A stretch of 25,901 nt of DNA from an uncultured Deinococcales bacterium (GCA_964244895.1 CAXTKV010000052.1:1-25901); one strand, 5' to 3'. Numbered from the stretch's first letter, positions 15,750 to 25,035 are shown. The notes: generated from the sequence alone by a model not told the origin. A program made the numbers and translations.

Positions 15750-16406
15750 TTACTTCGAGCAATCCAGCTTGATCCGCAAGCTCGGGTCGGGCACGCTGAA
15801 TTTCACGTTGAAAGACGTGTTCATGTCCTTCGGGTTGAACACCACGATCAGTTTCTGCGGTTTGCGCTGCTGCTCGTCCCAGTAGAAATTCACGGTTTGC
15901 GCGTGACTGCCGCCCGGCACGTAAGGCGGGTCAGAAATATCGTTGGTGTTTTCCGCCCCGACGGTCGAACCGTCCTCGAAGGCCAGTTGAACCCCGCCCC
16001 AGCCCGTCCCTGCGGGCGCCAGCCCGTTGGCCTGCGTGCCGTTGCGAAATTCCAGGCGAACGGAAACGCCGTTACGGTCGCCCACGATCGGTACGGGGGC
16101 GGTGGCGCGCACGCGCCAGATACCGTTGAAGATCCACTCGTTCAGGCAGCCTTCCAGAGCCACGACCTGGTTCGCGCCACCGTCTGTAGCGGCGTTTGGC
16201 AGGGTCAACGTCAGCGTGCTACCCGCCAGGCTCGAGCGCACGCCCGCCGCCTGGAGCGCCTTCAATGGCACGTAGGTCTCGCCCTTGACGACGATGGCGG
16301 AACCCGAGAAGGACTTGTTGTTGATCACCAGTTTGTACCCGGTCACGGCCTGCGCGAGCGCGATGGTTCCGAGCAATGCGGCCAAAACAATCAGGTTGCG
16401 TTTCAT
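15750..16406 (-). CDS. secreted hypothetical protein
   Basis: GGGAGG RBS; signal peptide MKRNLIVLAALLGTIALAQ; GETYVPLKAL motif resembles copper amine oxidase N-terminal/stalk domains; beta-rich C-terminal domain. Confidence 0.75.
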   Translation of the reverse strand: MKRNLIVLAALLGTIALAQAVTGYKLVINNKSFSGSAIVVKGETYVPLKALQAAGVRSSLAGSTLTLTLPNAATDGGANQVVALEGCLNEWIFNGIWRVRATAPVPIVGDRNGVSVRLEFRNGTQANGLAPAGTGWGGVQLAFEDGSTVGAENTNDISDPPYVPGGSHAQTVNFYWDEQQRKPQKLIVVFNPKDMNTSFNVKFSVPDPSLRIKLDCSK

Positions 16407-16498
16407 GCGGATGACCCTCCCTTGAGCATGGAAATTTGTTTCATCTTGCACCATTGAGCAGCCCAATGGGTTGGGTCAAATCGAGAAATTGCCGGTAT

Positions 16499-16966
16499 TC
16501 AGAAACGATACTCGAGCGCAAAGCTGGCTGAAAAAAGCAACCAGCTCTGCAAGAGATAATTGCCGATATTGATCAGCGGGTTTGGATCCGATGCCCACAA
16601 GGACGGCAGGAGGATCGGTCGAAGTTCGGCAACCAGCGCGACATTCGCCGCAAGCACCCATTCCCAACCGATCACGCCGCGAAAACCGACGGACTTGAAG
16701 TCGGTGATGACGCCCGCACCGGCCATGAAGCTCAGGCCAGAATCGTTCAGGGGTAGTTTCGCGTACCCATCCACGCCCGCCCACAGGGTCAGGACATCCA
16801 GGTAGGCGCGCACGCCAAAATCCCTCGCCTCGTAGCCAACGCGCACCTCGAGCAGCGATGGCAAATCGAAGCCCGCGCCCATGCTGAAACCTTCCGCCTG
16901 AGCGTTCTGGGCGAGTGCGAGCAGGATGATGCCGAACAACCATCTCTGGATGCTCGAGGGTTTCAT
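16499..16966 (-). CDS. probable small outer-membrane beta-barrel protein
   Basis: GGAGG RBS, signal peptide ending AQA, alternating beta-strand pattern, C-terminal FALEYRF signature. Confidence 0.7.
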   Translation of the reverse strand: MKPSSIQRWLFGIILLALAQNAQAEGFSMGAGFDLPSLLEVRVGYEARDFGVRAYLDVLTLWAGVDGYAKLPLNDSGLSFMAGAGVITDFKSVGFRGVIGWEWVLAANVALVAELRPILLPSLWASDPNPLINIGNYLLQSWLLFSASFALEYRF

Positions 16967-16991
16967 GGTTCCTCCAAATTCTGTTCTTTGG

Positions 16992-17050
16992 GAATACCGT
17001 CCACGAGGCGAAGTTTGACATCACCAGAAACATCGTCCTGGACGGCATTC
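16992..17050. repeat. REP-like inverted repeat
   Basis: GAATACCGTCCA ... CGTCCTGGACGGCATTC in the intergenic gap. Confidence 0.6.
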
Positions 17051-17067
17051 AAAGTCCGAACTCGAGA

Positions 17068-19869
17068 TCAGATCAGAACGCAGCGGAAGACCGTGAAGTT
17101 TGGCAAGGCGATGCTGCTGATGTTGCCCAGACTGTCCCTGGCCTCGATCACCAGCTTGACGGGCTGACCGCTGTAGCAATCGTTCCCGAAATCAGTGAAG
17201 GTTCCGAACATCGCCGCATTGTTCGAGGGCGTCCAATTAAGGTTCCCGTTCGAGGTCGTCCAGTTCGAGATCACGGTCGGTGCGGCGAACACGGTCGCGC
17301 TGTTCGGGCGGTAACTGATGGCCGTCCAACGGTAGGAGATCGGTGTGTTGCCTTCAGGGTCGGTCGCGCTCGCGGTGATCGGAATCGGCGCATTCCAGGC
17401 GTAGCCAGTTGCGAACGTGGTCGGCGGCAACGCACCCAGCGTGATGCTCGGCGGCAAGTTAACGGGCGGATCAACCACGGTGATCAGACGCCCCGGAGGC
17501 GCGACGTTGGCGAGGCCTTGCGGGTCCGTGGTGACCAAGCTGATGCTGCGCGTGCCGTTCGCGGTGAAGGTGAAGCTCAGGTCGCAACTCGGGGCCGTGC
17601 CGCTCCCGGTGAATGGAAAGCCCTCGTCGCTCGTGCTCGAGGAGCGCCAGGACAATCGGTTGCACGCGAGCGTGCTTGGATCTGGTCCAGGCCCCTCGTT
17701 CGCGTCGGTGGCAAAGCCACGGAACAGTACCGGCTGGCCCCGATACACGGTGATGGCGGTTGTAGGCAGGCTCATGGTGGCAATAGGCGGATTGTTTTCT
17801 ACGGTGATCGTGATGCTGGCGCTGACCTCGTTACCGGTGGCGTCTCGAGCCGTCGCGGTGATCGTCTTGTCGCCCGCCGTAGTGAAGCGGTAGTGGGCGC
17901 GACGCCCGCCCCCGATCGCCTCGTCACGAACCGGCGCAGGGCTCCAGGTGACGGTGCAGCAGTCGGCGGCACCGTCCGGGTCGCTCAGGGTGGCGTCAAT
18001 CAGGAAATCGCGGTTCAAGGGCGCGCTTCCGGTGAACCCGGACCTCGAGAGCGAGATCGTCGGCAGCGCGCCGACGCGGTGGGCGTAGAAGCCGCCGACC
18101 GCGCCCTGCGCGCTCCACGTGCCGCCCATCAGCCCCAAATCGTTGGTGTAGCGGAAGCTCGTGAAGCTCGTTGCGCCCGTGGGGAGCGGCAGGTCGAAGC
18201 TCAGCACCTGCGTTCCAAGGTGGAAGAAACCGGTCATGGTGAGCGACGGCGACGAGGGCGCGGCGTCCCTGTAGGTGCCGCTGACGGTCCCAATAGACGC
18301 GTTGACGCTCTGGATCGTGAGGAAGCCGTCCGTGCCGTCGCGGTTGATCTCCCAGGTGCCGAGGAAGCTGTCCGCTGGAAGGCCGTTCACCGCCGCACCC
18401 TTCGTGGCGTGAAAGGCCGCGATCGAGGAACCGTTGGCGTAGGTTCCGGCCAGCGCGAGGTGACCCCGAGTGAACAAGTATCCCGTGTACTTCGTACCCG
18501 AACGCGCGTCGAAGGCGAAGTTCGGGTTGGCGAAGTCGATGTAGAACTCGAGCTTGTTGCCGGTAATCGTGGCGTTGACGCGGTACGCGTTGCCATCGTC
18601 AGCAAAAAACGTGCCGAGGCGACGATCCGCACGACCACCGGAGACGGTGATCGAACTCGAGCCGGGGATGCGGTAGATGTCCAGCAATCCACGGTGCCCG
18701 TCGAAGTTCAGGTTCCAGCGTCCCAGCAGCAACTGGCCGGTCGAGGCCGGTTCGTCGGGGCCGCTGGCGCTCAGGATCGTAGCCGCCTCGTAGACCAGGC
18801 CGCGCGTCACCCAGTCGTAGCTGAACTTGAAGAAGCCCGCGTCTCCCCACGAGTTCTTGATCAGGAAGGTACGATCCCGGTCGTCGTAGCCAATCATCAG
18901 CATCGCGTGACCGCCCCCGCTTGTGAAGTCGGGCGCGGGGTTCCAGACGCCATTATCTGGTGTCGGGTCAGTTCCGCCACAGCAGTTGAAACCAAATGCG
19001 ACTTCGCGGTTGTCAGCGAGCTGCGTCCTGAACCAATCAAGCGAACTCACCTGCCCGCTCCCCGCGAACCGCACGCCAAGCACCTTCGAGACGCTCGCAT
19101 CCAGCGCGACCTGCGGCAGCACACTCAAGGTTGTGGACGCCGGGATGTGGTACTCGTGGGCCTGGGCGCTGAGGTTGAAGTCGTCCTCCGCGCGCTGAGT
19201 GTCCGGGTTGCTGATTCGTGGCACGTCACCGGCCTGATCGGTGTTCTCGAAATCGCCCAAGCCGACGTACGGCATGGTTCCCTCGCGCGGTAGGCCGAAA
19301 CCGTTGGCAAGGTACAGCAGGTTGAACGACACGCTGCCGCCACCCCACGATCCGACCTGCGTTTCCGCCGTCGGCAGCACCCGCTCAGTGGCGATGAAGT
19401 TGAGTTTCTGCGCGTGGGCCATGAACTGCTCGGAGAGGTCAACCTCTCGCCCCGTGCGGTGTTTGATCGCGGCCTCGAGCGCTGCCGTCGCGGCGAAGTT
19501 GGTGCAGGTGCTGCGGGATTGCTGGTTCTTGATCGGCGTCTGAAAGGCGCTCAGGTCAACATGGTCGGGCAGCGTCAACGCGTGGATTCTCGAGCTCGAG
19601 AATCCTTGTGGCTCGATGTCCGGCGGCGTCGGGTAAAGCACCCGATCCTCGGGGCGCTCGAGCAAAAATATTTGGCCGTCCTTGAGCTTAACGGCGGGTC
19701 GGTCACCCACCTTGGTCGTGCCCTCGATCAGCTTGCCGGGATCGTCCGTCTGCGCCGACGGCGGAGGGGCAGGCGGAGGCGGGATAACGTGCGGGTCAGG
19801 ACACGCGACCAGCGACAGCGCGACGATCAGACCGACGATCAGGTTTGAACGTGCAAGGCGTGCATTCAC
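17068..19869 (-). CDS. C1 (papain-family) cysteine peptidase lipoprotein with C-terminal beta-rich and PKD/Ig-like domains
   Basis: AGGAGG RBS, GTG 19869; lipobox LVAC; NQQSRSTCTNFA (Gln, Cys), DLSEQ, GGHAMLMIGYDD (His), IKNSWG (Asn); TITATARD, NNPPIA, NLPPSI...SATDPEG Ig/PKD-like motifs. Confidence 0.88.
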   Translation of the reverse strand: MNARLARSNLIVGLIVALSLVACPDPHVIPPPPAPPPSAQTDDPGKLIEGTTKVGDRPAVKLKDGQIFLLERPEDRVLYPTPPDIEPQGFSSSRIHALTLPDHVDLSAFQTPIKNQQSRSTCTNFAATAALEAAIKHRTGREVDLSEQFMAHAQKLNFIATERVLPTAETQVGSWGGGSVSFNLLYLANGFGLPREGTMPYVGLGDFENTDQAGDVPRISNPDTQRAEDDFNLSAQAHEYHIPASTTLSVLPQVALDASVSKVLGVRFAGSGQVSSLDWFRTQLADNREVAFGFNCCGGTDPTPDNGVWNPAPDFTSGGGHAMLMIGYDDRDRTFLIKNSWGDAGFFKFSYDWVTRGLVYEAATILSASGPDEPASTGQLLLGRWNLNFDGHRGLLDIYRIPGSSSITVSGGRADRRLGTFFADDGNAYRVNATITGNKLEFYIDFANPNFAFDARSGTKYTGYLFTRGHLALAGTYANGSSIAAFHATKGAAVNGLPADSFLGTWEINRDGTDGFLTIQSVNASIGTVSGTYRDAAPSSPSLTMTGFFHLGTQVLSFDLPLPTGATSFTSFRYTNDLGLMGGTWSAQGAVGGFYAHRVGALPTISLSRSGFTGSAPLNRDFLIDATLSDPDGAADCCTVTWSPAPVRDEAIGGGRRAHYRFTTAGDKTITATARDATGNEVSASITITVENNPPIATMSLPTTAITVYRGQPVLFRGFATDANEGPGPDPSTLACNRLSWRSSSTSDEGFPFTGSGTAPSCDLSFTFTANGTRSISLVTTDPQGLANVAPPGRLITVVDPPVNLPPSITLGALPPTTFATGYAWNAPIPITASATDPEGNTPISYRWTAISYRPNSATVFAAPTVISNWTTSNGNLNWTPSNNAAMFGTFTDFGNDCYSGQPVKLVIEARDSLGNISSIALPNFTVFRCVLI

Positions 19870-19891
19870 GGTTTCCTCCTTCTTGCAATGC

Positions 19892-20071
19892 TCACCGGAG
19901 TCCCCGGCGAGCGCTCTTGGGTGGGTTCTGGGTTTCAAAGAAAGCCTCGCGTTCCGCTAGGCTGGCGAAGTACACGGGACGTTCCGCGTTCGGGGCGCGA
20001 AGCTCGACGCGCAAGTTGTTGTCCCGATCCCGCCAGACGTTGATGACGTAAACCTGGCGTTCTGTGGGCAC
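19892..20071 (-). CDS. small hypothetical protein (59 aa)
   Basis: Strong AGGAGGT RBS before GTG 20071: MPTERQVYVINVWRDRDNNLRVELRAPNAERPVYFASLAEREAFFETQNPPKSARRGLR; stop 22 nt before the peptidase start. Confidence 0.72.
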   Translation of the reverse strand: MPTERQVYVINVWRDRDNNLRVELRAPNAERPVYFASLAEREAFFETQNPPKSARRGLR

Positions 20072-20103
20072 GTTCTCACCTCCTGGCAACAGGTTGTCAG
20101 GGC

Positions 20104-20193
20104 GAGCGTCGCAAGAGCGTCGCAAGAAATAATGGTGTTCCAGACGGTCTTTTTCGGGCACTCGAGGTGCTCTGTTCGCGTCTTGCGACGCTC
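20104..20193. promoter_or_regulatory. candidate SARP-type operator: tandem 11-bp repeats plus an inverted copy
   Basis: GAGCGTCGCAA at 20104-20114 and 20115-20125; TCTTGCGACGCTC at 20181-20193 is the reverse complement. Confidence 0.6.
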
Positions 20194-20244
20194 GAGATCG
20201 CGGTTTCAGGCGCGAGCGATGCGCAACACGAATGCCAGACGCGC

Positions 20245-20296
20245 AAGAACACCGTCCAGGACGCATTCCTAAATTCGCGTCCTGGACGGTGTTCTT
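20245..20296. repeat. REP-like perfect 20-bp inverted repeat
   Basis: AAGAACACCGTCCAGGACGC, 12-nt spacer, GCGTCCTGGACGGTGTTCTT; just downstream of the regulator stop. Confidence 0.8.
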
Positions 20297-20310
20297 AAGA
20301 AGGGCGAACT

Positions 20311-23300
20311 TCAGATCAGGCGCGGCGGGTCGGGCCAGACGCCGTTCAAGGCGGCCAGAATGTCGCGGTTGAACGTGAACGCCTCGAGATACCGTTGCTG
20401 TCTGGCCTCTGGGACGGCAGCGACGGCTTCCTCGAGCAAATTTCGGGCTCGCCTGAAGGACAGGTTGGCTCCGGCAACATCACCGTTCTGGCGGAGCAAT
20501 TGGGCGTGAATCCACGGGACGCGCTGCGGGAAATCCAGGCCGGAACCTTGAAGCGCCCCGAGCGCTTCCTCTGAAAGGCGAAGCGCTTCGAGCGTGTCGC
20601 CGTCCAACCACGAACACAACGCCAGTTGCGCCTGATCGCCCATCCACGGCGTCATGCGTGGATGGGTTCGCTTCAGAGATGTGGCGACGCGGAAGTGATC
20701 GCGCGCTCGGCTGACGTTTCCCCGGCGCAGCGCACACATGCCCAGCCCCGAATTGGCATCGGCCAGGTAATGCGGCGGACTGTCGGGCTCGAGGTGTTCA
20801 ATGACAGCCTCGAACCGCTGACGCGCACGCTCGGGCTGGTTCTGGTGCAGCTCGAGAAAGCCCGTGCCCAGGAGCGCCTCGATCACGCCACCACGGTCGT
20901 TGATAAGGCTGGCGAGGTCGAAGGCGAGCGTCGCCAACTCGAGGCTGCGCTCGAAATCGGCGGTCAGCAGGCACACCCAACTGAGGTTGATCGCGCTCGA
21001 GATCCGAAGTTGCGGGCGGTCGAGATGCGCGCTGTACTCCGCGACGCGCTCGAAAGCGACGGCGGCCTCGGCGTAGCGTCCGCGCAACAGGAACGAAAGC
21101 CCGAGGATATTGGTACACGACGCTTCTATTTCTGTGGCTCCCATGGTTCGCGCGAGCGCCTGAGCTTGGAGGGCCAGGGTCTGGGCTTCCTCGAAATGCT
21201 CCGTGAGGTTGGCGTGGCGAGCGCGCACGCGCAACACCTCGAGTCGCGCCCGTGGGTCGCGTTCGGCCAGCGGCTGGGCGCGCTCGAGCCAAGACTGCGC
21301 TTCGGCGTGTGCGCCGCGCTCCTGGTCCATCAAGGCGAGCGCCAACGCGGCCCGGACGGCGTGTTCGGGTGCGGCGTTTTGGAAGAGTTCACTGGCGGTG
21401 GCGCGAGCCGTCTCGCCGCGCGCGAAGTGCGTCAGCAGCCGAATCAGCGCCAGTTTCGCTTCCGGCAGCGAGCAGCGCTCAAAGTGCCGCGCGGCTTCCT
21501 CGAGTTGACCGCGCGCCTCCGCCAGCCGACCGCGCCGGTACTCGAGCCTGTCACGCTGGGTCGGATCGGTCAGCAGCGGCTCGAGCTTTCGCAGTTCCTG
21601 TTCGCGCGATTCGGGCTCACCGAGCCAGTGGAGCGCCTCCTCTCGTTCAAAACGCAACTGCGCTTCGCGTTCCGGGTCGTGGCCGAGCCGCGCGTGCGCC
21701 TCGAGCGCCTTCGCGAGCAGTTCGGTCACCTCGCGGTGCGCGTAACGCGTGATCGCCTCGCGCGCGGCGCGTTCGGCCCAGTCGCGCATCATGACCCAGT
21801 TCCCGGCAGCCTCGGCGTGGCGCAGAATCTCGGCGGCCAGACCGGGTTCGGCGGGCGCGTTTGAAAGCACCTCGCCGAGCCGCGCGTGCAGCGTCAGGCG
21901 GCGGGCCGTCGAAAGTCCCTCGTCGAGCGCAGCCCGCGAGAGGTCGTGCGCCAGACGGTATCCGCTGGCCGCGCCACGCACCAGCCCCGTCTGCTCGAGC
22001 ACCTCGAGCGCGTTCATCACGTCCGCGCTCGATCCCTGCGAGGCGCGCTCGAGCGTGCCGGGGTCGAGATCGCGCCCGCTCAGGGCGAGCAGTTCCGCGA
22101 GCCTTCTGGGTAATTCTTCGAGCCTGTAAAAACGAGCCCGCACGGATTCGAGCACGCTTTCGGGCAAGCGAAGCTCACAGTAGTCGCGGGTGTCGTCATC
22201 GTAGGGCGTGTGCCAGCCGTCGGCGTCGGCGCGCAACTCGCCGCGCTCGAACAGCGCCCGCAGCGTCTCGAGCACGTAGAACGCGTTGCCCTGAGTGGTG
22301 GCGTGCAGGCGTTCAGAGAAGACCCGCCCGCCCTGGCTGCCCGATAGACCGCGCACCAGTTCCAGCACGTCCGCCGCCCCCAGGGGTGCGAGCCGGACGC
22401 GCCGCGAGAGGCCCTCGCGCTCGAGTTCGCGCGCGGCCCGCTCGAGCCAGCCGCCCGGCGCGAGACCTTCAGGCCTCGTCGTGCCGATCACGCGAACCCG
22501 CGCGCGCTCGGCGCGCCGCACCAGGTAGGGCAGGAAGCGCAAGGTGGATTCGTCCGCCCACTGAAGATCGTCCAGCAGGATCGTACCGCCGGGCTCGAGG
22601 GCGCTCAAAAGCGTGCGCGCCAGCCCTTCCCGGAAGCGGGCTTCGTTCGTCCCCTCAGCTTCGATCGAGCCTGTTAAGGTCTGCGCGAGTTCGGGCAGCA
22701 AGCGCGCAGCTTCAACCCGCCAGACCGGTTCGAGGTCGCGGGGACGCCAGCCCGCCTCGAAGCGGCTGCGCAGACCCTCGATCAGCCCGCCGAAACCCAC
22801 CTGTGCGGCCAGTTCGCGGTGCGGCACGAACAGGCACGCACCCTTCGCGCGGGCGAAATCCGATGCCAGACGCGTCTTGCCCTCGCCCGCCTCAGCGACG
22901 ATCAGGCTCAATCCAGTCGGCGCGCGCTCGAGTTCGGCCCAGACCGATTCGCGGCCCACCAGGGGCGGCGCGTTCAGACCGGACGGTGTCGATGTCGGCG
23001 GTTCGGGGTCGGCGCGTTGCGAACCGTTCACCCCGAGCGTGCGCGCAAATTCCTGCATGGCTGCGCTCGGTTCCAATCCCATCTCGCGCCCCAGAAAGGT
23101 GGTGAAATCCCGGTAATGCTCGAGCGCCAACGCGGGTTCGGAGCGCTGAACCAGCAATCGCATGGCGGCGCGGTGCGAGTCCTCGCGCAATGGATCGCGC
23201 GCCAGCAGCCGTCGGTGCGTCTCTAGGGCGCCGTCCGCGTTTCCATCCCGCTCGAGCCCTGCGGCGCAGGCGGCCAACACCTCGTCGTAGCGTTCCTCCC

Positions 23301-23724
23301 AGCGTTCGCGCGCCAGAGCCAGCCAGGTTTCAAACTCGAGCGCGTCCTGCAATTCCAAACCTTCGAGCAAGGCTCCCCTACGAAACGCGAGCGCCCCGGC
23401 CCAATCGCCTCGCGCCACGGCGCGCTCGAAGCCTTCGATGTCGCTCGAGACACCGTTGAGCGCCAGCCGTTCGCCCCGATCCTCGAGCAAGCTTCCAAGC
23501 GCGGTTTTCTTGAGTCGGTACAACTCGCCGCGCAGGTTCGCTCGGGCGCGCTCGTCGGTGGCGTCCCAGAGCAGTTCCGCCAGGCGCGAGCGAGCCGTCG
23601 GCCCCTCGAGCGCCAGGAACGCCAGCAGCGCCAGCAATTTGCGCGTCGGCAGGGCCACGACCCGGTTCTCGAAGCGAAGCTCGAGTGGGCCGAACAGGAG
23701 AAGCCGGGCGGAGATATCGACCAT
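20311..23724 (-). CDS. AfsR/SARP-family regulator: wHTH + BTAD + AAA ATPase + TPR
   Basis: RLLLFGPLEL...KLLALLAFLAL...LAELLW...NLRGELYRLK, RGALLEGL...FETWL, DPLREDSHRAAM; PLVGRE, AEAGEGKT, LLDDLQWAD, QGNAFY; TPR-like C-terminus. Start uncertain (23724 preferred over 23874). Confidence 0.88.
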   Translation of the reverse strand: MVDISARLLLFGPLELRFENRVVALPTRKLLALLAFLALEGPTARSRLAELLWDATDERARANLRGELYRLKKTALGSLLEDRGERLALNGVSSDIEGFERAVARGDWAGALAFRRGALLEGLELQDALEFETWLALARERWEERYDEVLAACAAGLERDGNADGALETHRRLLARDPLREDSHRAAMRLLVQRSEPALALEHYRDFTTFLGREMGLEPSAAMQEFARTLGVNGSQRADPEPPTSTPSGLNAPPLVGRESVWAELERAPTGLSLIVAEAGEGKTRLASDFARAKGACLFVPHRELAAQVGFGGLIEGLRSRFEAGWRPRDLEPVWRVEAARLLPELAQTLTGSIEAEGTNEARFREGLARTLLSALEPGGTILLDDLQWADESTLRFLPYLVRRAERARVRVIGTTRPEGLAPGGWLERAARELEREGLSRRVRLAPLGAADVLELVRGLSGSQGGRVFSERLHATTQGNAFYVLETLRALFERGELRADADGWHTPYDDDTRDYCELRLPESVLESVRARFYRLEELPRRLAELLALSGRDLDPGTLERASQGSSADVMNALEVLEQTGLVRGAASGYRLAHDLSRAALDEGLSTARRLTLHARLGEVLSNAPAEPGLAAEILRHAEAAGNWVMMRDWAERAAREAITRYAHREVTELLAKALEAHARLGHDPEREAQLRFEREEALHWLGEPESREQELRKLEPLLTDPTQRDRLEYRRGRLAEARGQLEEAARHFERCSLPEAKLALIRLLTHFARGETARATASELFQNAAPEHAVRAALALALMDQERGAHAEAQSWLERAQPLAERDPRARLEVLRVRARHANLTEHFEEAQTLALQAQALARTMGATEIEASCTNILGLSFLLRGRYAEAAVAFERVAEYSAHLDRPQLRISSAINLSWVCLLTADFERSLELATLAFDLASLINDRGGVIEALLGTGFLELHQNQPERARQRFEAVIEHLEPDSPPHYLADANSGLGMCALRRGNVSRARDHFRVATSLKRTHPRMTPWMGDQAQLALCSWLDGDTLEALRLSEEALGALQGSGLDFPQRVPWIHAQLLRQNGDVAGANLSFRRARNLLEEAVAAVPEARQQRYLEAFTFNRDILAALNGVWPDPPRLI

Positions 23725-23891
23725 GTGACGAGCCAAGAGCATCGTAGCAGACGCATATTCGTCGCATTTCAGGAAGGTTCCGCAGACCGTCGGCGACGCC
23801 TCGGTCGCGTGAGCGAAAGACCAGCATCCGACGCGAAAACTGGTTCCCTCGAAGGCTCGGCCCGATTGATTCAATCCTGATTCCGGGGCGC

Positions 23892-23949
23892 TTGACTTCC
23901 CTTGAGGCTCGAGCTTAAAGTCTGAGTAATCGATTACGAAAACGATTAC
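23892..23949 (+). promoter_or_regulatory. promoter with LacI-type operator(s)
   Basis: TTGACT, 18 bp, TAAAGT; perfect palindrome GTAATCGATTAC (23926-23937) over the expected start site and an adjacent imperfect copy GAAAACGATTAC (23938-23949). Confidence 0.68.
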
Positions 23950-24005
23950 AAGCCCGGTTTCGGGCTGATTCCCGTCTCGTTCGCAACCCGAGGTGAAGGT
24001 TCACG

Positions 24006-24797
24006 ATGGCTTCTCCCCTGCTGGAATTGCGCCACATCAAAAAAGCCTTCGGCGCGGTTCAGGCCATCAAGGGCATCAGCTTCGCGCTCCAGAAAGGGCA
24101 GGTGCTGGCGCTGGTCGGTGACAACGGCGCGGGCAAGAGCACGCTGGTGAAAATCCTGTCCGGCGTTCAGACCGCAGACAGCGGCGGGATCAAAATCGAA
24201 GGCGTGAACCAGCACTACCAGACGCCCTTCGAGGCCAAAGCTGCGGGCATAGAGACCGTCTACCAGCACCTGGCCTTGATCGAGGACCTGGACGTGGCCG
24301 ACAACGTCTACCTGGGGCGCGAAACCACGCGCGGCGGCGCGATCGGGCGGCTCCTGGGCTGGCTGGATCGGGGGCAGATGCGGCGCGACACGGGTAAAGC
24401 CCTCGAGCAACTGCACATCAAGATCCCCAGCCCGACCCTGGACGTGCGGCGCATGAGCGGTGGGCAACGTCAGGCCGTCGCCATCGGACGCGCGATCATC
24501 TGGGGACGCAAATTGCTGATCCTGGACGAACCGACCGCCGCGCTCGGCGTCGAGGAGACCGAGGGCGTGCTGGCGATGATCGAGCAGCTGCGCGACCAAG
24601 GCATGACCTTCATTCTGGTGTCCCACAACATGCGCGACGTTCACCGCGTGGCCGACCAGATCGTGGTCTTGAAGCAGGGCGCGCACGTCGCGACCCTGGA
24701 CAAATCCCAGACCACGCAGCAGGAAATCGTCGAGTACATCACGGGCACGAAATCCGCGCAGCCCGGATTGGGCGCGGAACTCGAGGTGAGCGCGTGA
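24006..24797 (+). CDS. monosaccharide ABC transporter ATP-binding protein (single domain)
   Basis: GDNGAGKST, IETVYQHLAL, MSGGQRQ, LILDEPTAALGV, VSHN. Confidence 0.93.
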   Translation: MASPLLELRHIKKAFGAVQAIKGISFALQKGQVLALVGDNGAGKSTLVKILSGVQTADSGGIKIEGVNQHYQTPFEAKAAGIETVYQHLALIEDLDVADNVYLGRETTRGGAIGRLLGWLDRGQMRRDTGKALEQLHIKIPSPTLDVRRMSGGQRQAVAIGRAIIWGRKLLILDEPTAALGVEETEGVLAMIEQLRDQGMTFILVSHNMRDVHRVADQIVVLKQGAHVATLDKSQTTQQEIVEYITGTKSAQPGLGAELEVSA

Positions 24798-24848
24798 AGC
24801 TCAGGTTCTGGTTCTCCAGGTGCACGGGAGGAAGTGTTTGTCGCGTGA

Positions 24849-24912
24849 CCCCTCCGTCTCTCGCATCGGAAGGATCGATGCTCGAGCCACCTCCCCTACT
24901 TCGCAGAGGAGG
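24849..24912 (+). repeat. second type of palindromic intergenic element (CCCCTCCGTC...CCACCTCCCC...GGAGG)
   Basis: CCCCTCCGTCTC, GCATCG/CGATGC hairpin, GAGCCACCTCCCC, CCTCC/GGAGG hairpin; single copy in this window. Confidence 0.4.
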
Positions 24913-24984
24913 ACGAAGAGCTTCCCGGTTCCGTGCAATCTCGAGCGTACATTCGGCGACGAGACCCGTTCTCTCAAGATTCAG

Positions 24985-25034
24985 AGAGCACCGTCCCAGA
25001 CGCATTCCTGAGTTCATGTCCAGGACGGTGTTCT
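24985..25034. repeat. REP-like inverted repeat abutting the LacI start
   Basis: AGAGCACCGTCCCAGACGCATTCCT...GTCCAGGACGGTGTTCT; shares GACGCATTCCT with 20245-20296. Confidence 0.65.
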
Positions 25035-25035
25035 G

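Noticed and set aside
17518..19293. 591-aa plus-strand ORF, and similar ORFs at 20626-21864, 21861-23105, 23946-24686 and 24739-25698
   Set aside because: Antisense to well-supported genes, with Arg/Gly/Ala-rich shadow composition.
409..25034. CRISPR array from the recurring palindromes
   Set aside because: Copies are dispersed inverted pairs, not regularly spaced direct repeats with unique spacers; no cas genes seen.
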